Shown: positions 40,412 through 50,943, numbered from the stretch's first letter. The stretch: 64,000 nucleotides of DNA from an uncultured delta proteobacterium (GCA_963769935.1 CAVYNY010000001.1:1-64000), one strand, 5' to 3'. Numbers and translations are program-made. The notes: generated by a model from the sequence alone, not told the origin.

Positions 40412-41398
40412 ATGATTAGTGCTGTTGTAATGGCGGGCTACAACAACAAGCGTGAAGTTAAACGATACAGCCGCATTGTGGCTGAACATTACGGCGAAAA
40501 GTTTATCGAGTCGGGATACAAGCCGCTGCGGGAGTTTCGGACAGTCCTCAACGGCGTGACGGTCAGCAAACCCCTGATTCAATATACCCTTGAAAAACTT
40601 TTCGAAAACGAATTTATCGATGAGATCATCATTGTGGGCCACCAAATGCTGCTCGAGCAAAGGCTGCGCAAATTCATCCGACAATTTGAAAAGCCCTGTC
40701 ACGTTGTAAACCAGAATTCAAAAATTCCCGGTGATATCGTCCGTCAATTCAGGATCAAACCCCGCAAAGTAAAATACAACTCGATTGCCGGTAATTTTAT
40801 CAAAGGATATGCCGCCAGCAAGTCCTGCCGGGAAAAAAGACATGCCTTGTTTGTGGCCTCCGACTCTCCGCTGACCACCAAAGAATTTATCAGTCGGTTT
40901 ATTAACGTGGCCGCCCAATACTGGGACGAAACCGCCATCATTGTGCCGGCGATCCTTATCAATGATAAAAGGGACAAGCTTGGCAGGCTGCCCATAAGGC
41001 TTCAAAATGACTCGCAGTTTCAGCTGGCCGATCAAAAAGATGAATACGGCCGGCAGGGTTTTCGCCTCTCCTCCTTAATTTCGGCCAATCCACATTGCTT
41101 TGATGTGAACACGGCCAACACGGCTTACAGTCTGCGTAAATGCCTGAGTCCCAAAGTTCAAATAAAGCTGTTTAAGATTACGCGCGGTCTGGGATATACA
41201 AATGTGTATTCCAAGTATTTTATAAGAAAGCATTTGAGTGTCGTCGAAGTCGAAAACATCGTTTCGGCGCATTTCGGGGGCAGGCTGAAAATAATTCCGA
41301 TGCTCGGTGAAGATGCCACCTATGACTACGACGGAACGGATCTGGAGTTTCGCATGATCAGCACAATGCTGAAATCCGATACCGAGGCATCGGAGTAA
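40412..41398 (+). CDS. NTP-transferase (MobA-like GT-A fold) domain protein
   Basis: AVVMAG, KPLIQYTLEKL..IDEIIIVG, FVASDSPL and YDYD. The start may be the TTG at 40397. Confidence 0.65.
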   Translation: MISAVVMAGYNNKREVKRYSRIVAEHYGEKFIESGYKPLREFRTVLNGVTVSKPLIQYTLEKLFENEFIDEIIIVGHQMLLEQRLRKFIRQFEKPCHVVNQNSKIPGDIVRQFRIKPRKVKYNSIAGNFIKGYAASKSCREKRHALFVASDSPLTTKEFISRFINVAAQYWDETAIIVPAILINDKRDKLGRLPIRLQNDSQFQLADQKDEYGRQGFRLSSLISANPHCFDVNTANTAYSLRKCLSPKVQIKLFKITRGLGYTNVYSKYFIRKHLSVVEVENIVSAHFGGRLKIIPMLGEDATYDYDGTDLEFRMISTMLKSDTEASE

Positions 41399-41674
41399 CC
41401 TTATATGATTACTTCACGCTGCCGTCTGCCGGCTTGAACCGTGTAGCTCGAACTGTCAACCAGCACCTCGTACCCCGCAACGCACAACGCAGCCTTGTCC
41501 TCCTGCCGTTATCTTCCCTTTAACTTCCTGAGATATATTTCGCTTCACCCTGGTTGAGAACGCCGCCATGACATTTTGGTCATCTGTCCGCCATCTTTCC
41601 GTTAACTGAGTAATTTATATTGACTGACACTAAGGCCGATTCCGGCCGAAACTTTAAAATGGAGGTAAGAGAAA

Positions 41675-43111
41675 ATGAAACAGACATTCAGGTTCACAAG
41701 GTACATTTTGGTAGTTATGATGGTCGGGCTTATGCTGGGTGCCGGTCTTCCGGCAGTGCAGGCATCTACGAATGCGCCGGTTCGGATGGTTCCGCAAAAT
41801 TTCAGCGAGCTGGCCGAAACCGTCAGTCCCGCAGTGGTTCACATCCGGGTGGAAAAGACAGTTAAGGGCGGCGGCCCCGCAATGGGTCCATTCGGTCAAA
41901 ATCCCTTTGGCGACAATGAGCAGTTCAAAGAATTCTTCGGCCGACATTACGGTAATCAGAGCCAGCCGGAGTTTAAACAACCGGCTCAGGGCTCCGGGTT
42001 TATCATCGACAAGTCCGGCTTAATTGCCACCAACAACCACGTTGTAGAGGGCGCCGATAAGATTACGGTTATTCTAAAGAATGAATCCGAGTACGACGCC
42101 AAAGTCGTCGGACTTGATCCGGTAACCGATATCGCCCTGATAAAGATAGATCCCAAGAAGGATCTGCCCGCGGTGAAACTGGGAAGCTCCGACGACCTGA
42201 AAGTGGGCGAATGGGTGGTCGCCATCGGCGCCCCGTTCGGTTTGGAGCATACGGTAACCGCCGGTATTGTCAGCGCCAAGGGTCGCGTCATCGGCTCCGG
42301 GCCCTATGATGATTTTATCCAGACAGATGCTTCCATCAACCCGGGCAACAGCGGCGGCCCCCTGATCGATATGAAGGGTGAGGTCGTGGGCATCAACACC
42401 ATGATCATCGCCGGCGGTCAGGGAATTGGTTTTGCCATCCCCGTCGACCAGGCCAAGAGCATCATTGCCCAGCTGGAAACCAACGGCGAAGTGACCCGCG
42501 GCTGGCTCGGTGTTACCATTCAGGATGTTAATGAGAATATGGCCGACTATTACGGGCTCAAAGGTAAAAGCGGTGCCATGGTTGCCGATGTCGCCCCCGG
42601 GGATCCCGCAGACAAGGCCGGCATCAAACCCAAGGATATCATCACGGAAGTCAACGGCAAAGCGATCACCAACAGCCATGATCTGACCAACCTGGCTGCC
42701 AATCTACAGGTCGGCGAAACCGCCAACGTGACGGTTTTGCGCAATGGCAAGTCGCAGACCCTGGAAGTTAAAATCGGCAAGCGGCCTTTGACCATCGCCG
42801 CTGCTTCCCAGGGTAATCGTCAGGAAAATGAAGGTCAATACGGCTTTCAGGTGACGAATTTAACACCGGAACTTGCCCGTCGGTATGACATTCAGGACAA
42901 CGCGGGGATCATGGTGGTCGGCGTGGCACCCGACAGCAAAGCCGATGCAGCCGGCGTCAAAAAAGGCGACGTCATCCTGGAGGTCAACCGGGTAAGCGTT
43001 GCATCAGTGAATGACTTCAAAAATCTGCTTGACCAGAATAAAAAGAATGACGGTATAAATTTGCTCGTCAAGCGCATGAATGCGGGCTTAATGGTGATTC
43101 ATCTGGCATAG
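41675..43111 (+). CDS. DegQ/HtrA serine protease with two PDZ domains
   Basis: TNNHV, DIAL and INPGNSGGP catalytic triad motifs, a signal peptide and PDZ domains. Confidence 0.95.
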   Translation: MKQTFRFTRYILVVMMVGLMLGAGLPAVQASTNAPVRMVPQNFSELAETVSPAVVHIRVEKTVKGGGPAMGPFGQNPFGDNEQFKEFFGRHYGNQSQPEFKQPAQGSGFIIDKSGLIATNNHVVEGADKITVILKNESEYDAKVVGLDPVTDIALIKIDPKKDLPAVKLGSSDDLKVGEWVVAIGAPFGLEHTVTAGIVSAKGRVIGSGPYDDFIQTDASINPGNSGGPLIDMKGEVVGINTMIIAGGQGIGFAIPVDQAKSIIAQLETNGEVTRGWLGVTIQDVNENMADYYGLKGKSGAMVADVAPGDPADKAGIKPKDIITEVNGKAITNSHDLTNLAANLQVGETANVTVLRNGKSQTLEVKIGKRPLTIAAASQGNRQENEGQYGFQVTNLTPELARRYDIQDNAGIMVVGVAPDSKADAAGVKKGDVILEVNRVSVASVNDFKNLLDQNKKNDGINLLVKRMNAGLMVIHLA

Positions 43112-43295
43112 CTGCAGACAACGGATCACCTTCATCCACTGCAGCCGGAGCAATATTCATATAACGGAATTTGCTCCGGTTCAGTGAGTATGAATCCCGC
43201 GGCACGATAATTGAATTTCCGGCCTTTACAATACTGCCAAAAGAGTTATAATAGATCATTAATGCGGAATACTTTGGTCGGCGGATAACAAAAGG

Positions 43296-44033
43296 ATGCG
43301 ATTTCTCCTGTATAATATACGTTACGCAGCCGGAATTGGGAAAAAATTTCACTTTCCGGTACCGTACAGCGGCTATTTCAAACATACCAACGGTAATCTA
43401 AAAAGAATCCTGGATTTCATTAAATCGGTGAATCCGGACATTATTGGATTGATCGAGGTGGACAGCGGGTCTTTTCGATCCCAAAAAAACAACCAGGCCG
43501 AGGGAATCGCTTGGGAACTGCAGCTCGATCACATTTACCGGTCAAAATACCCTGTCAATTCCGTAGCCCAGAAACTGCCGTTGCTGAATAAACAGGGCAA
43601 TGCGATATTGACCAACCGGGAAATTGTTTCTCAAAAGTTTCATTATTTCCGCCAGGGTGTCAAACGGCTGGTGATTGAACTGGAACTGGCGGATCTATCG
43701 GTTTTTCTGGTACACCTGTCGATCAAATTCCGTCATCGTCATGACCAGCTGCAGGACCTTCACAACATCATAAAAGACATTAAAAAACCGCTCATCGTAG
43801 CGGGAGATTTCAATTCCCTGTGGGGCGATCGCGAACTGGAGTTGTTCCTGGCCGCCACAGGTTTAATAAATGCCAACACAAACGGGCAGCCTTCCCATCC
43901 CAGCCGCGCCCCGCGGCGGCAGCTGGACTACATTTTCCACAGCCCCCAAATACGGGTCACTGATTTCGAAATCCCGCAGGTTAAATTCTCCGACCATACG
44001 CCCCTGGTTTGCGAGTTTGACATCGCCGCCTAA
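43296..44033 (+). CDS. Endonuclease/exonuclease/phosphatase family protein
   Basis: YNI, GLIEVD, AGDFN, LDYIF and SDH motifs. Confidence 0.9.
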   Translation: MRFLLYNIRYAAGIGKKFHFPVPYSGYFKHTNGNLKRILDFIKSVNPDIIGLIEVDSGSFRSQKNNQAEGIAWELQLDHIYRSKYPVNSVAQKLPLLNKQGNAILTNREIVSQKFHYFRQGVKRLVIELELADLSVFLVHLSIKFRHRHDQLQDLHNIIKDIKKPLIVAGDFNSLWGDRELELFLAATGLINANTNGQPSHPSRAPRRQLDYIFHSPQIRVTDFEIPQVKFSDHTPLVCEFDIAA

Positions 44034-44142
44034 TTAATCCAAATTGATCCGCTCTGGAAAATATTCCATTCAAGGTTGTTGACTGTTATTTGATAACTGA
44101 AGAAATTTGCTAACTCAAAGGTCCGGCGGGTTAATCAAACAA

Positions 44143-44208
44143 AAAATTCCAAATAACAAATCCCAAATAACAAACAAATCACAATTACCAAAATTCCAAA
44201 TCCCAAAC
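44143..44208. repeat. AAAT(C/T)CCAAA array, left arm only
   Basis: Near-identical to the left arm at 47571. Confidence 0.75.
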
Positions 44209-44473
44209 CTTTGAACCCTTATATGAAACTACATCTCACACAGAGCGCTCAGAGGTCACAGAGGTAAGGGTTGGCAGCCGCCTGCGGCGAAAGAAAAATA
44301 TTCTCCGCGGTCTCTGTGAGCTCTAACGAAGTGGGCGTGATAGTAAATCCAACTGTGTCCGAATTCCCAAAAGTTTCTTTCTCGATTAATCTGGCCGTCT
44401 TTTTGGCCAGCGGCCCGGCTCGTGTGAAACTTCATTAAATTCCATGCCATTTTTAGGATTGAGCTAATGGCGG

Positions 44474-44546
44474 GTGGGAGTGGTTTTTAACCACGATTAC
44501 AGATGTTGACCCGACCGAGTTGATCGCGGTTAAAAACCGCTCCCAC
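44474..44546. repeat. REPIN-like element (two inverted GTGG-type REP sequences)
   Basis: GTGGGAGTGGTTTTTAACCACGAT-N25-ATCGCGGTTAAAAACCGCTCCCAC. Confidence 0.8.
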
Positions 44547-44669
44547 GAGGTTCATAAACTGTTAGGAAGTTCAAAAGCGGAGTCTTTTGACTATGAGCTA
44601 TCAGCTTTGAGCTTTTTTATCTGACCCCTGAAACCTTTACCCTTTCACCTTTCACCTTTCACCTTTACC

Positions 44670-45308
44670 TTAACCTTCGTATACAACGGCCAGAATGGTT
44701 GCCCGGCCGCTCTTGGCCGCAATATGATGGGGTATGGTAGACAGGTAGTAGGCGCTGTCCCCCGGTTCCAGTTGGAATTTATCGTCACCGATTTCCAGCG
44801 CAACCTCACCGTCCAGCACGAAAATGAATTCCTCGCCTTCATGCACCGAAATCTCCTTTTCAGGGTCCTCCTCAAGCCTGACGATCAAGGCCTCCATATG
44901 ACGGCCCTTAACATCAGGGGCCAGGCTTTTGTAAGTGTAAACCTGTTTTTGACCTTTCCTGGATGTCGATCGGGAAACAGTCCGGCGCTCATTCTTTCTG
45001 GTGATCGAATAGAGCTTGTCGCCGATGCCTGAGACCAATCTGCCGAAAGCACTGTCCAGGGCCTTGGATAATTTGATCACGGTACCCAGTTGGGGCTGCG
45101 CTTCATTTTTTTCAAGACTCGCTAAAAAGCCCACCTCAAATCCGGTCAAGCGGGATAATTCTTCCAGGGAAAGCCCCTTTTCCTCCCTTATTTTGCGAAT
45201 GCGCACACCGATGTCTTCCATGCCTCTGCGGGGCTCGGCCGGTATCTCGCCGGTTAAATCCTCAAAAAAATCAAAGTGAACAAAAGTTCTGCGACTTTTT
45301 TCTTCCAT
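44670..45308 (-). CDS. XRE-family HTH regulator with cupin domain
   Basis: IRKIREEKGLSLEELS HTH, plus cupin motifs HEGEEFIFVLDG and IPH. Confidence 0.92.
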   Translation of the reverse strand: MEEKSRRTFVHFDFFEDLTGEIPAEPRRGMEDIGVRIRKIREEKGLSLEELSRLTGFEVGFLASLEKNEAQPQLGTVIKLSKALDSAFGRLVSGIGDKLYSITRKNERRTVSRSTSRKGQKQVYTYKSLAPDVKGRHMEALIVRLEEDPEKEISVHEGEEFIFVLDGEVALEIGDDKFQLEPGDSAYYLSTIPHHIAAKSGRATILAVVYEG

Positions 45309-45436
45309 ATTAATTCCCCTTCATTTAGTCTTCTTTATCTGTGATGAAAGTCTTGGCCTCTATGATGGATGAAATATGATAAGGGCGCTTATGTTTTGGG
45401 ATTGTCAACCGACAACAATCAATGTCCCGTTATTTT

Positions 45437-46594
45437 TTATGAACACTTGGCGCCGATATGCCTGGCGATAACTATGCGCTGAACCTCGGAGGTCCCCTCA
45501 CCGATGTCCAGCAATTTCTGGTCTCTGTAGAATCGCTCCACGTCGTACTCTTTCATCAAGCCGTACCCGCCGTGCAGCTGGACGGCGTGGTTCGCACATC
45601 GATACATGACTTCCGAGCAATACAGTTTGGCCATGGCCGCTTCCTTGGAAAACGGCCGTTCGTTGTCCCTCAGCCAGCAGGCCTTATACAGCAGCAGACG
45701 GGCACATTCGATTTCCATCGCCATGTCGGCCAGCTTAAAGGCATTGGCCTGGAAAGTGGCGATGGGTCGGCCGAACTGCTCCCGTTCGTTGCTGTATCGA
45801 ATCGCCATGTCAAAGCATCCCTGGGCGCCTCCCAGTCCCATGGCCCCGATGGACAGACGCCCGCCGTCCAGGGTCTGCATCATCTGGTGAAATCCGTGGC
45901 CGCGCGGGCCTAATAGATTTTCCTTGGGCACCCGGCAATCCTCAAAATAGAGTTCACTCGTATTGGAGCCCCGCCACATCATTTTATCGTGCATCACTTT
46001 GGGGGTATAGCCGGGCGTACCTGCTTCAACAATTATGCAGGAAAGTTCGGGCCGGCCGTCATCCCGGGCACCGGTGCGGGCCAGGACCGTCACGCCGGCG
46101 GATATGTCGGTGGAGGCATTGGTGATAAATATCTTGCTGCCGTTGATCACCCACTCATTCCCGTCCAGCACCGCTCTGGTCGCACTATTGGCGGCATCGG
46201 AACCGGCATTGGGTTCGGTCAGGCCGAAACCCCAGAGAGCTTCACCGCTGCACAGCTTCGGCAGATATTTTTTCTTTTGGGCTTCATTGCCGAAATAGTA
46301 AAGCGGACCGATGCCCAAGGAGTTTTCGGCGGCCACCGTAGCGGCATGGGAACCGTCTACCCGGGCAACCTCTTCAACGGCAATGATGTAGGACAGGTAA
46401 TCCATTCCCTGCCCACCGTATTGTTCGGAAACAAAAACACCGAAAAGGCCGAGCTCTGCCATTTTTTGCATCGTATCATAGGAAAATTCCTCTTTTTCAT
46501 CCAGCTCCCGGGCAACAGGCTTGATCTCATTTTCAGCAAAGCTGCGAACTGAATCCCGCAATATTTCATGATCGGTTGAAAGGCTAAAGTCCAT
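45437..46594 (-). CDS. Acyl-CoA dehydrogenase
   Basis: FGLTEPNAGSD, NGSKIFIT, REQFG and IGEGTSEVQR. Confidence 0.95.
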   Translation of the reverse strand: MDFSLSTDHEILRDSVRSFAENEIKPVARELDEKEEFSYDTMQKMAELGLFGVFVSEQYGGQGMDYLSYIIAVEEVARVDGSHAATVAAENSLGIGPLYYFGNEAQKKKYLPKLCSGEALWGFGLTEPNAGSDAANSATRAVLDGNEWVINGSKIFITNASTDISAGVTVLARTGARDDGRPELSCIIVEAGTPGYTPKVMHDKMMWRGSNTSELYFEDCRVPKENLLGPRGHGFHQMMQTLDGGRLSIGAMGLGGAQGCFDMAIRYSNEREQFGRPIATFQANAFKLADMAMEIECARLLLYKACWLRDNERPFSKEAAMAKLYCSEVMYRCANHAVQLHGGYGLMKEYDVERFYRDQKLLDIGEGTSEVQRIVIARHIGAKCS

Positions 46595-46720
46595 GCTTGC
46601 TCCTTATGCTTTGGTTTATCTAATAATATTATTTGACGAAAACAGCAGGCCTGTCGTATTAATGCGGTAATTTATAGGAAGATGCCCTGAAATTGTCAAC
46701 GTAAAACAGTGGAAAACAAA

Positions 46721-47551
46721 ATGCCCGAATTGCCTGAGGTTCAAACCATTGTCAACGATCTGATAGCGGCAGATTTGATCGGTATTCCCATAAGCAGGGC
46801 CAGGGTCTACTGGCCGGGTACCATTGCGGAACCGTCGGCGAAATTATTCTGTCAACAGATTTGCAATCGGCATTTTACCGCTATCGGGCGCCGCGGGAAA
46901 TTCCTCGTTTTTGATTTGAGCAACGACAGCTTTCTGCTGCTGCATCTGAGGATGTCCGGTCGCCTTCATCTGGTACCGGCGGACACGCCGCGGATCAAAC
47001 ATGAACATGTGGTCCTCAGCTTCAATGACGGCCGGCAATTAAGATTTCACGATACCCGCAAATTCGGACGAATACACCTGGTTGAAGATCCGCATAAAAT
47101 TTTAGACCGCCTGGGGCCGGAGCCTCTGGATAAAAGTTTTACGGTAAAGGGGCTGGCCGGGCAGCTCAAACGGCACCGGCGGCTTCTCAAACCGCTGCTG
47201 CTGGACCAGGCATTTATCGCCGGCCTGGGGAATATATACGTCGATGAAGCCCTGTGGGATGCCGGATTGCATCCCAAACGCATTGCCGTTTCCCTGTCGC
47301 TGTCCGAAATTAAAGCGCTGCACCGCGCCATTCAGAGGGTTCTCAACCGCGGTTTAAAAAATCTCGGCACAACGCTGGGAACCGGGGAGACCAATTTCTA
47401 TTCGGTGGCGCACCACCGAGGGCGCAACAAAGATGAATTGAAAGTATTTCGCCGCACGGATCTTCCCTGTCCGCGCTGTAAATCGCCCATCGAGCGCATC
47501 ATCGTCGCTCAACGAAGTACACATATATGCTCAAAATGTCAAAAAATCTAA
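46721..47551 (+). CDS. mutM: Formamidopyrimidine-DNA glycosylase
   Basis: MPELPEV start, HLRMSG, GLGNIY, and the CPRC..CSKCQ zinc finger. Confidence 0.96.
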   Translation: MPELPEVQTIVNDLIAADLIGIPISRARVYWPGTIAEPSAKLFCQQICNRHFTAIGRRGKFLVFDLSNDSFLLLHLRMSGRLHLVPADTPRIKHEHVVLSFNDGRQLRFHDTRKFGRIHLVEDPHKILDRLGPEPLDKSFTVKGLAGQLKRHRRLLKPLLLDQAFIAGLGNIYVDEALWDAGLHPKRIAVSLSLSEIKALHRAIQRVLNRGLKNLGTTLGTGETNFYSVAHHRGRNKDELKVFRRTDLPCPRCKSPIERIIVAQRSTHICSKCQKI

Positions 47552-47570
47552 GATGACAGTATGATGGAAT

Positions 47571-47780
47571 AAATTCCAAATAACAAATCACAAATAACAA
47601 ACAAATTCCAATGACCTAAATTCGAAATCCCAAACAGATATCTGACAATGTACAATGAACCCAAAGTAGACAGGCTTCTCAGAAATAATGCAGACCAATC
47701 CGATGCCAAAGGAACATTTTGTCATTGGATTTTGAGATTTAGAATTTACTTGGAATTTGGTGCTTGAAATTTGGAATTTT
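47571..47780. repeat. AAAT(C/T)CCAAA-type long inverted repeat, intact copy
   Basis: aaattccaaataacaaatcacaaat...caatgac pairs with gtcattg...ttggtgcttgaaatttggaattt. Confidence 0.8.
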
Positions 47781-47848
47781 AGAATTCTGTTACGCGGATC
47801 AATATTGAGGTTCGCTGAACGTTTTTTGAAATATGATTGAGGTGATCC

Positions 47849-48805
47849 ATGCCCACCGGTGCCTGTGGCATAAACTGTGACGTCTGCAAGCTGAATCTGC
47901 TGGAAACCTGTTCTTCCTGCGGTCCCGGAACCAGTCTTCAGGCAGGCAGGAAACTGGCTGCTCAGCAGCGGCTGTTGGGAAGCACCTGCCCCATCCTGGA
48001 CTGTACCCGGATGAATGAGATCGAATACTGTATGCGCGACTGCAACCAATTTCCCTGCCGCAATTTCAACACAGGCCCCTATCCCTTCAGTCAAGGATTT
48101 TTGATGATGCAGGAAAGACGATTAAAGCAAAGACCGCCGGCATTTGCCCCGGACGGATCGCGCGTCAGCGTGGCCGCCGGATTCTGGGACGAATTACAGC
48201 AAAAAGATATCACGTCTCTGTGCAATTTAACCCTTTTCGAACCATTTTCATCCCATCAGATCCTTTTTCGCTTCTTGAACGAAGACGTGCTGGTGGATAT
48301 AGAACACCGCTGCCTGAAACGCCGCACAGAACGGCAGTGGCATCATACAGCAGATCCGCTGCTTGAGCTGGCAACAGTTTTATACTTGATTAACGTAAAA
48401 GATATCTACCCCGTCGGCAGGGACATCGTTGGGATAAAGGATCTGAAGGAGGGTCATTTTTTCCAGGGTCCCCATGCCCTCAAAACCGATCCCCTGCTGA
48501 GGCGCTACGGCAAGGATGTGAAGGGCTTCCGGGAAGCGGCCGAGTACCTGGCAGGCGAATCGGTGGATATGGCCGATGCCGCCTACAGGCTGCGGCCCTT
48601 TCCGCGGGTGGGGTTGTATTTTCTGCTTTGGCAGGGGGACCAGGAATTTGCACCGCAAATGACGGTGCTGTTTGATCGATCCATTGAAGCGATCTTCGCG
48701 GCGGATGCCATCTGGGCGCTGGTTAACCGGGTAGCCACCGCACTTTTGGAAGGAGCACAGAGCAAAGCGCAAAGCGTAGAAAAAGACAGCGGCGGAGGTA
48801 GATAG
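47849..48805 (+). CDS. Cys-rich DUF3795-like domain fused to a DUF3786-like domain
   Basis: ACGINCDVC..CSSC..CPILDC..C..CNQFPC, then C-terminal PFPRV..LWQGDQEF..LFDRS. Confidence 0.75.
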   Translation: MPTGACGINCDVCKLNLLETCSSCGPGTSLQAGRKLAAQQRLLGSTCPILDCTRMNEIEYCMRDCNQFPCRNFNTGPYPFSQGFLMMQERRLKQRPPAFAPDGSRVSVAAGFWDELQQKDITSLCNLTLFEPFSSHQILFRFLNEDVLVDIEHRCLKRRTERQWHHTADPLLELATVLYLINVKDIYPVGRDIVGIKDLKEGHFFQGPHALKTDPLLRRYGKDVKGFREAAEYLAGESVDMADAAYRLRPFPRVGLYFLLWQGDQEFAPQMTVLFDRSIEAIFAADAIWALVNRVATALLEGAQSKAQSVEKDSGGGR

Positions 48806-48956
48806 AATCGCGTTTCTTCGATTTTGGATTTCTGATTTCGAATTTTGGCTTAACGATCTAGCGTATCGTCAACGACTTTCAACGCGATACCCTATGCCTT
48901 TTTAACTTACACCCCGGGTTTGCCCCGTTGTTACGGATCAGGCTACTGATAGCATT

Positions 48957-50309
48957 CTAAAAATTACATATACCCGTATAATCCTCAGGTGTAATCCTCA
49001 ACAGTTCCTCTTTAACCTTGCGGGAAACATCCAGAGATTCAATAAATTCGGCGATGGCCTGCTGATCGATAACGGCATGAGTGCGGGTGAAGGCCTTCAG
49101 CGCTTCGTAAGGTTGCGGATAGTTCTCGCGACGCAAAACGGTCTGGATGGCTTCGCTCACCACCGCCCAGTTTTTTTGCAGGTCGGCCCGGATCGCACCG
49201 GCATTTAAAATCAGTTTGTTCAAACCGCGCAGCAACGATTTCAAACCGATGAGGGTGTGGGCTACCGGGACCCCGAGGTTGCGCGTTACGGTCGAATCGG
49301 TCAGGTCCCGCTGTAATCTGGAAATAGGCAGTTTGGCAGCCAGATGCTCCAGAATGGCATTGGCAATCCCCAGGTTGCCCTCCGAATTTTCGAAATCGAT
49401 GGGGTTGACTTTGTGCGGCATGGTTGACGAGCCGACCTCGCCGTTTTTGATCTCTTGCTTGAAGTAATCCAGCGAAATATAGGACCAGATATCGCGGTCC
49501 AGATCGATCAGGATGGTGTTGATCCGCTTCAGATTATCGCAAAATGCTGCCAGGTTGTCGTAGTGCTCGATCTGGGTGGTTACCCTGGAGCGGCTGAGCC
49601 CCAAGGTGGTGTTGACCAGTCGGTCGGCAAAAGCCGGCCAGTCGATATCCGGGTACGCAACATGATGGGCATTGAAGTTGCCGGTGGCACCGCCGAATTT
49701 GGCCGAGAAGGGGATGGTATTCAACTGCGCAACCTGGACGAGCAGACGTTCTACAAACACGTAAATTTCTTTGCCCAATCGGGTGGGTGAAGCCGGCTGG
49801 CCATGGGTGCGGGCCAGCATAGAGACATCCAGCCAGTCGCGGGCTTTGGCCTGCAGCACTTCAATGACTTCATTTAAAGCGGGCTGAACCACCTCCGCCC
49901 AGGCCTTTTTCAATGAAAGGGGCGTGGCGGTATTATTGATGTCCTGAGATGTCAGGCCGAAGTGGATAAATTCCTTGTAATCCTGCAATTGCAATTCATC
50001 GAATTTCTCCTTCAGGAAATACTCGACTGCTTTGACATCATGATTGGTAATTTTTTCAATGTCTTTAACCCGTCCGGCATTTTCGGGAGTAAAATCATTA
50101 TAGACAGCCCTGAGCGCCGCAAACAGGTTTTTATCGAATTTTTTCAATTGAGGCAGCGGCAGTTCGCACAGGGCGATAAAATACTCCACCTCCACCAGCA
50201 CCCGGTATTTGATCAGGGCGCCTTCGGAAAAATAATGCGCCAGCTTCCGGGTTGCCCCTCGATAGCGGCCGTCCACCGGAGAGATGGCCTCCAAGGATGT
50301 AAATTCCAT
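48957..50309 (-). CDS. purB: Adenylosuccinate lyase
   Basis: AISPVDGRY, TNHDVKAVEY, HFGLTSQD and GSSTMPHKVNP. Confidence 0.97.
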   Translation of the reverse strand: MEFTSLEAISPVDGRYRGATRKLAHYFSEGALIKYRVLVEVEYFIALCELPLPQLKKFDKNLFAALRAVYNDFTPENAGRVKDIEKITNHDVKAVEYFLKEKFDELQLQDYKEFIHFGLTSQDINNTATPLSLKKAWAEVVQPALNEVIEVLQAKARDWLDVSMLARTHGQPASPTRLGKEIYVFVERLLVQVAQLNTIPFSAKFGGATGNFNAHHVAYPDIDWPAFADRLVNTTLGLSRSRVTTQIEHYDNLAAFCDNLKRINTILIDLDRDIWSYISLDYFKQEIKNGEVGSSTMPHKVNPIDFENSEGNLGIANAILEHLAAKLPISRLQRDLTDSTVTRNLGVPVAHTLIGLKSLLRGLNKLILNAGAIRADLQKNWAVVSEAIQTVLRRENYPQPYEALKAFTRTHAVIDQQAIAEFIESLDVSRKVKEELLRITPEDYTGICNF

Positions 50310-50330
50310 GATATTTACCTGTCTTTTAAA

Positions 50331-50410
50331 CCGTTGGCCCGTTGACCCGTTGATCCGTTAGCCCGTTAACCCGTTAGAACTGAAGCAAACCGGCTAACCG
50401 GCACACCGGA
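50331..50410. repeat. Inverted 8-bp-period arrays (CCGTTGAC / AACCGG)
   Basis: ccgttggcccgttgacccgttgatccgttagcccgtt ... aaccggctaaccggcacaccgg. Confidence 0.7.
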
Positions 50411-50943
50411 TAGTTGCCGGGGAGTATAGGCGAAGCCGGCCATGGTGTCAAGACGGGGAACCTCGCAACCCAGGGCATTGTCCACGGTAGCTCTAAATTC
50501 GATTCGCGGGGTTCTGCCAACGAAAATCCGCCCGAGACAGTAAAAAGTCCAGGCCCGGAGGTCCAGGCTTTCAATGTTGGAGTGAATTTTTTCATCTTGC
50601 AAAATCGCCGTTAATTCTTTAGATGTTTGGCAGCCATTTTATTATTGAAAGGTATATCCTGTGCGCCTTGCAAAAGCCTTGAATTGAGAAAGGGTCCAAA
50701 TCAAGGTAATATAATTTAGACTGCATCCCGCTTTCAGCCGAATGAAAGAAGAAAATAAGACGATTGAGATCTATAGATGGGTTTGGGAAAAGCTATTTGA
50801 AAAGAGAGACCGCGAAAAGAAAAAGAAATAGCACTAACCGACCATCGAGAAACTACTTTCTCTATGTATATCTCTCAGGCGGGTGGGATATAAATTCGAT
50901 CTAATTTTTCCCGTCAACATACTACAACCAACAAACAACACAC

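Noticed and set aside
41568..41583. ATGAC-N6-GTCAT palindrome upstream of htrA as a CIRCE or heat-shock operator
   Set aside because: It does not match CIRCE (TTAGCACTC-N9-GAGTGCTAA), and a single 5-bp palindrome is too weak to call.
47588..48094. 168-aa minus-strand ORF
   Set aside because: It is antisense to the DUF3795 gene and runs through the intergenic inverted repeat.
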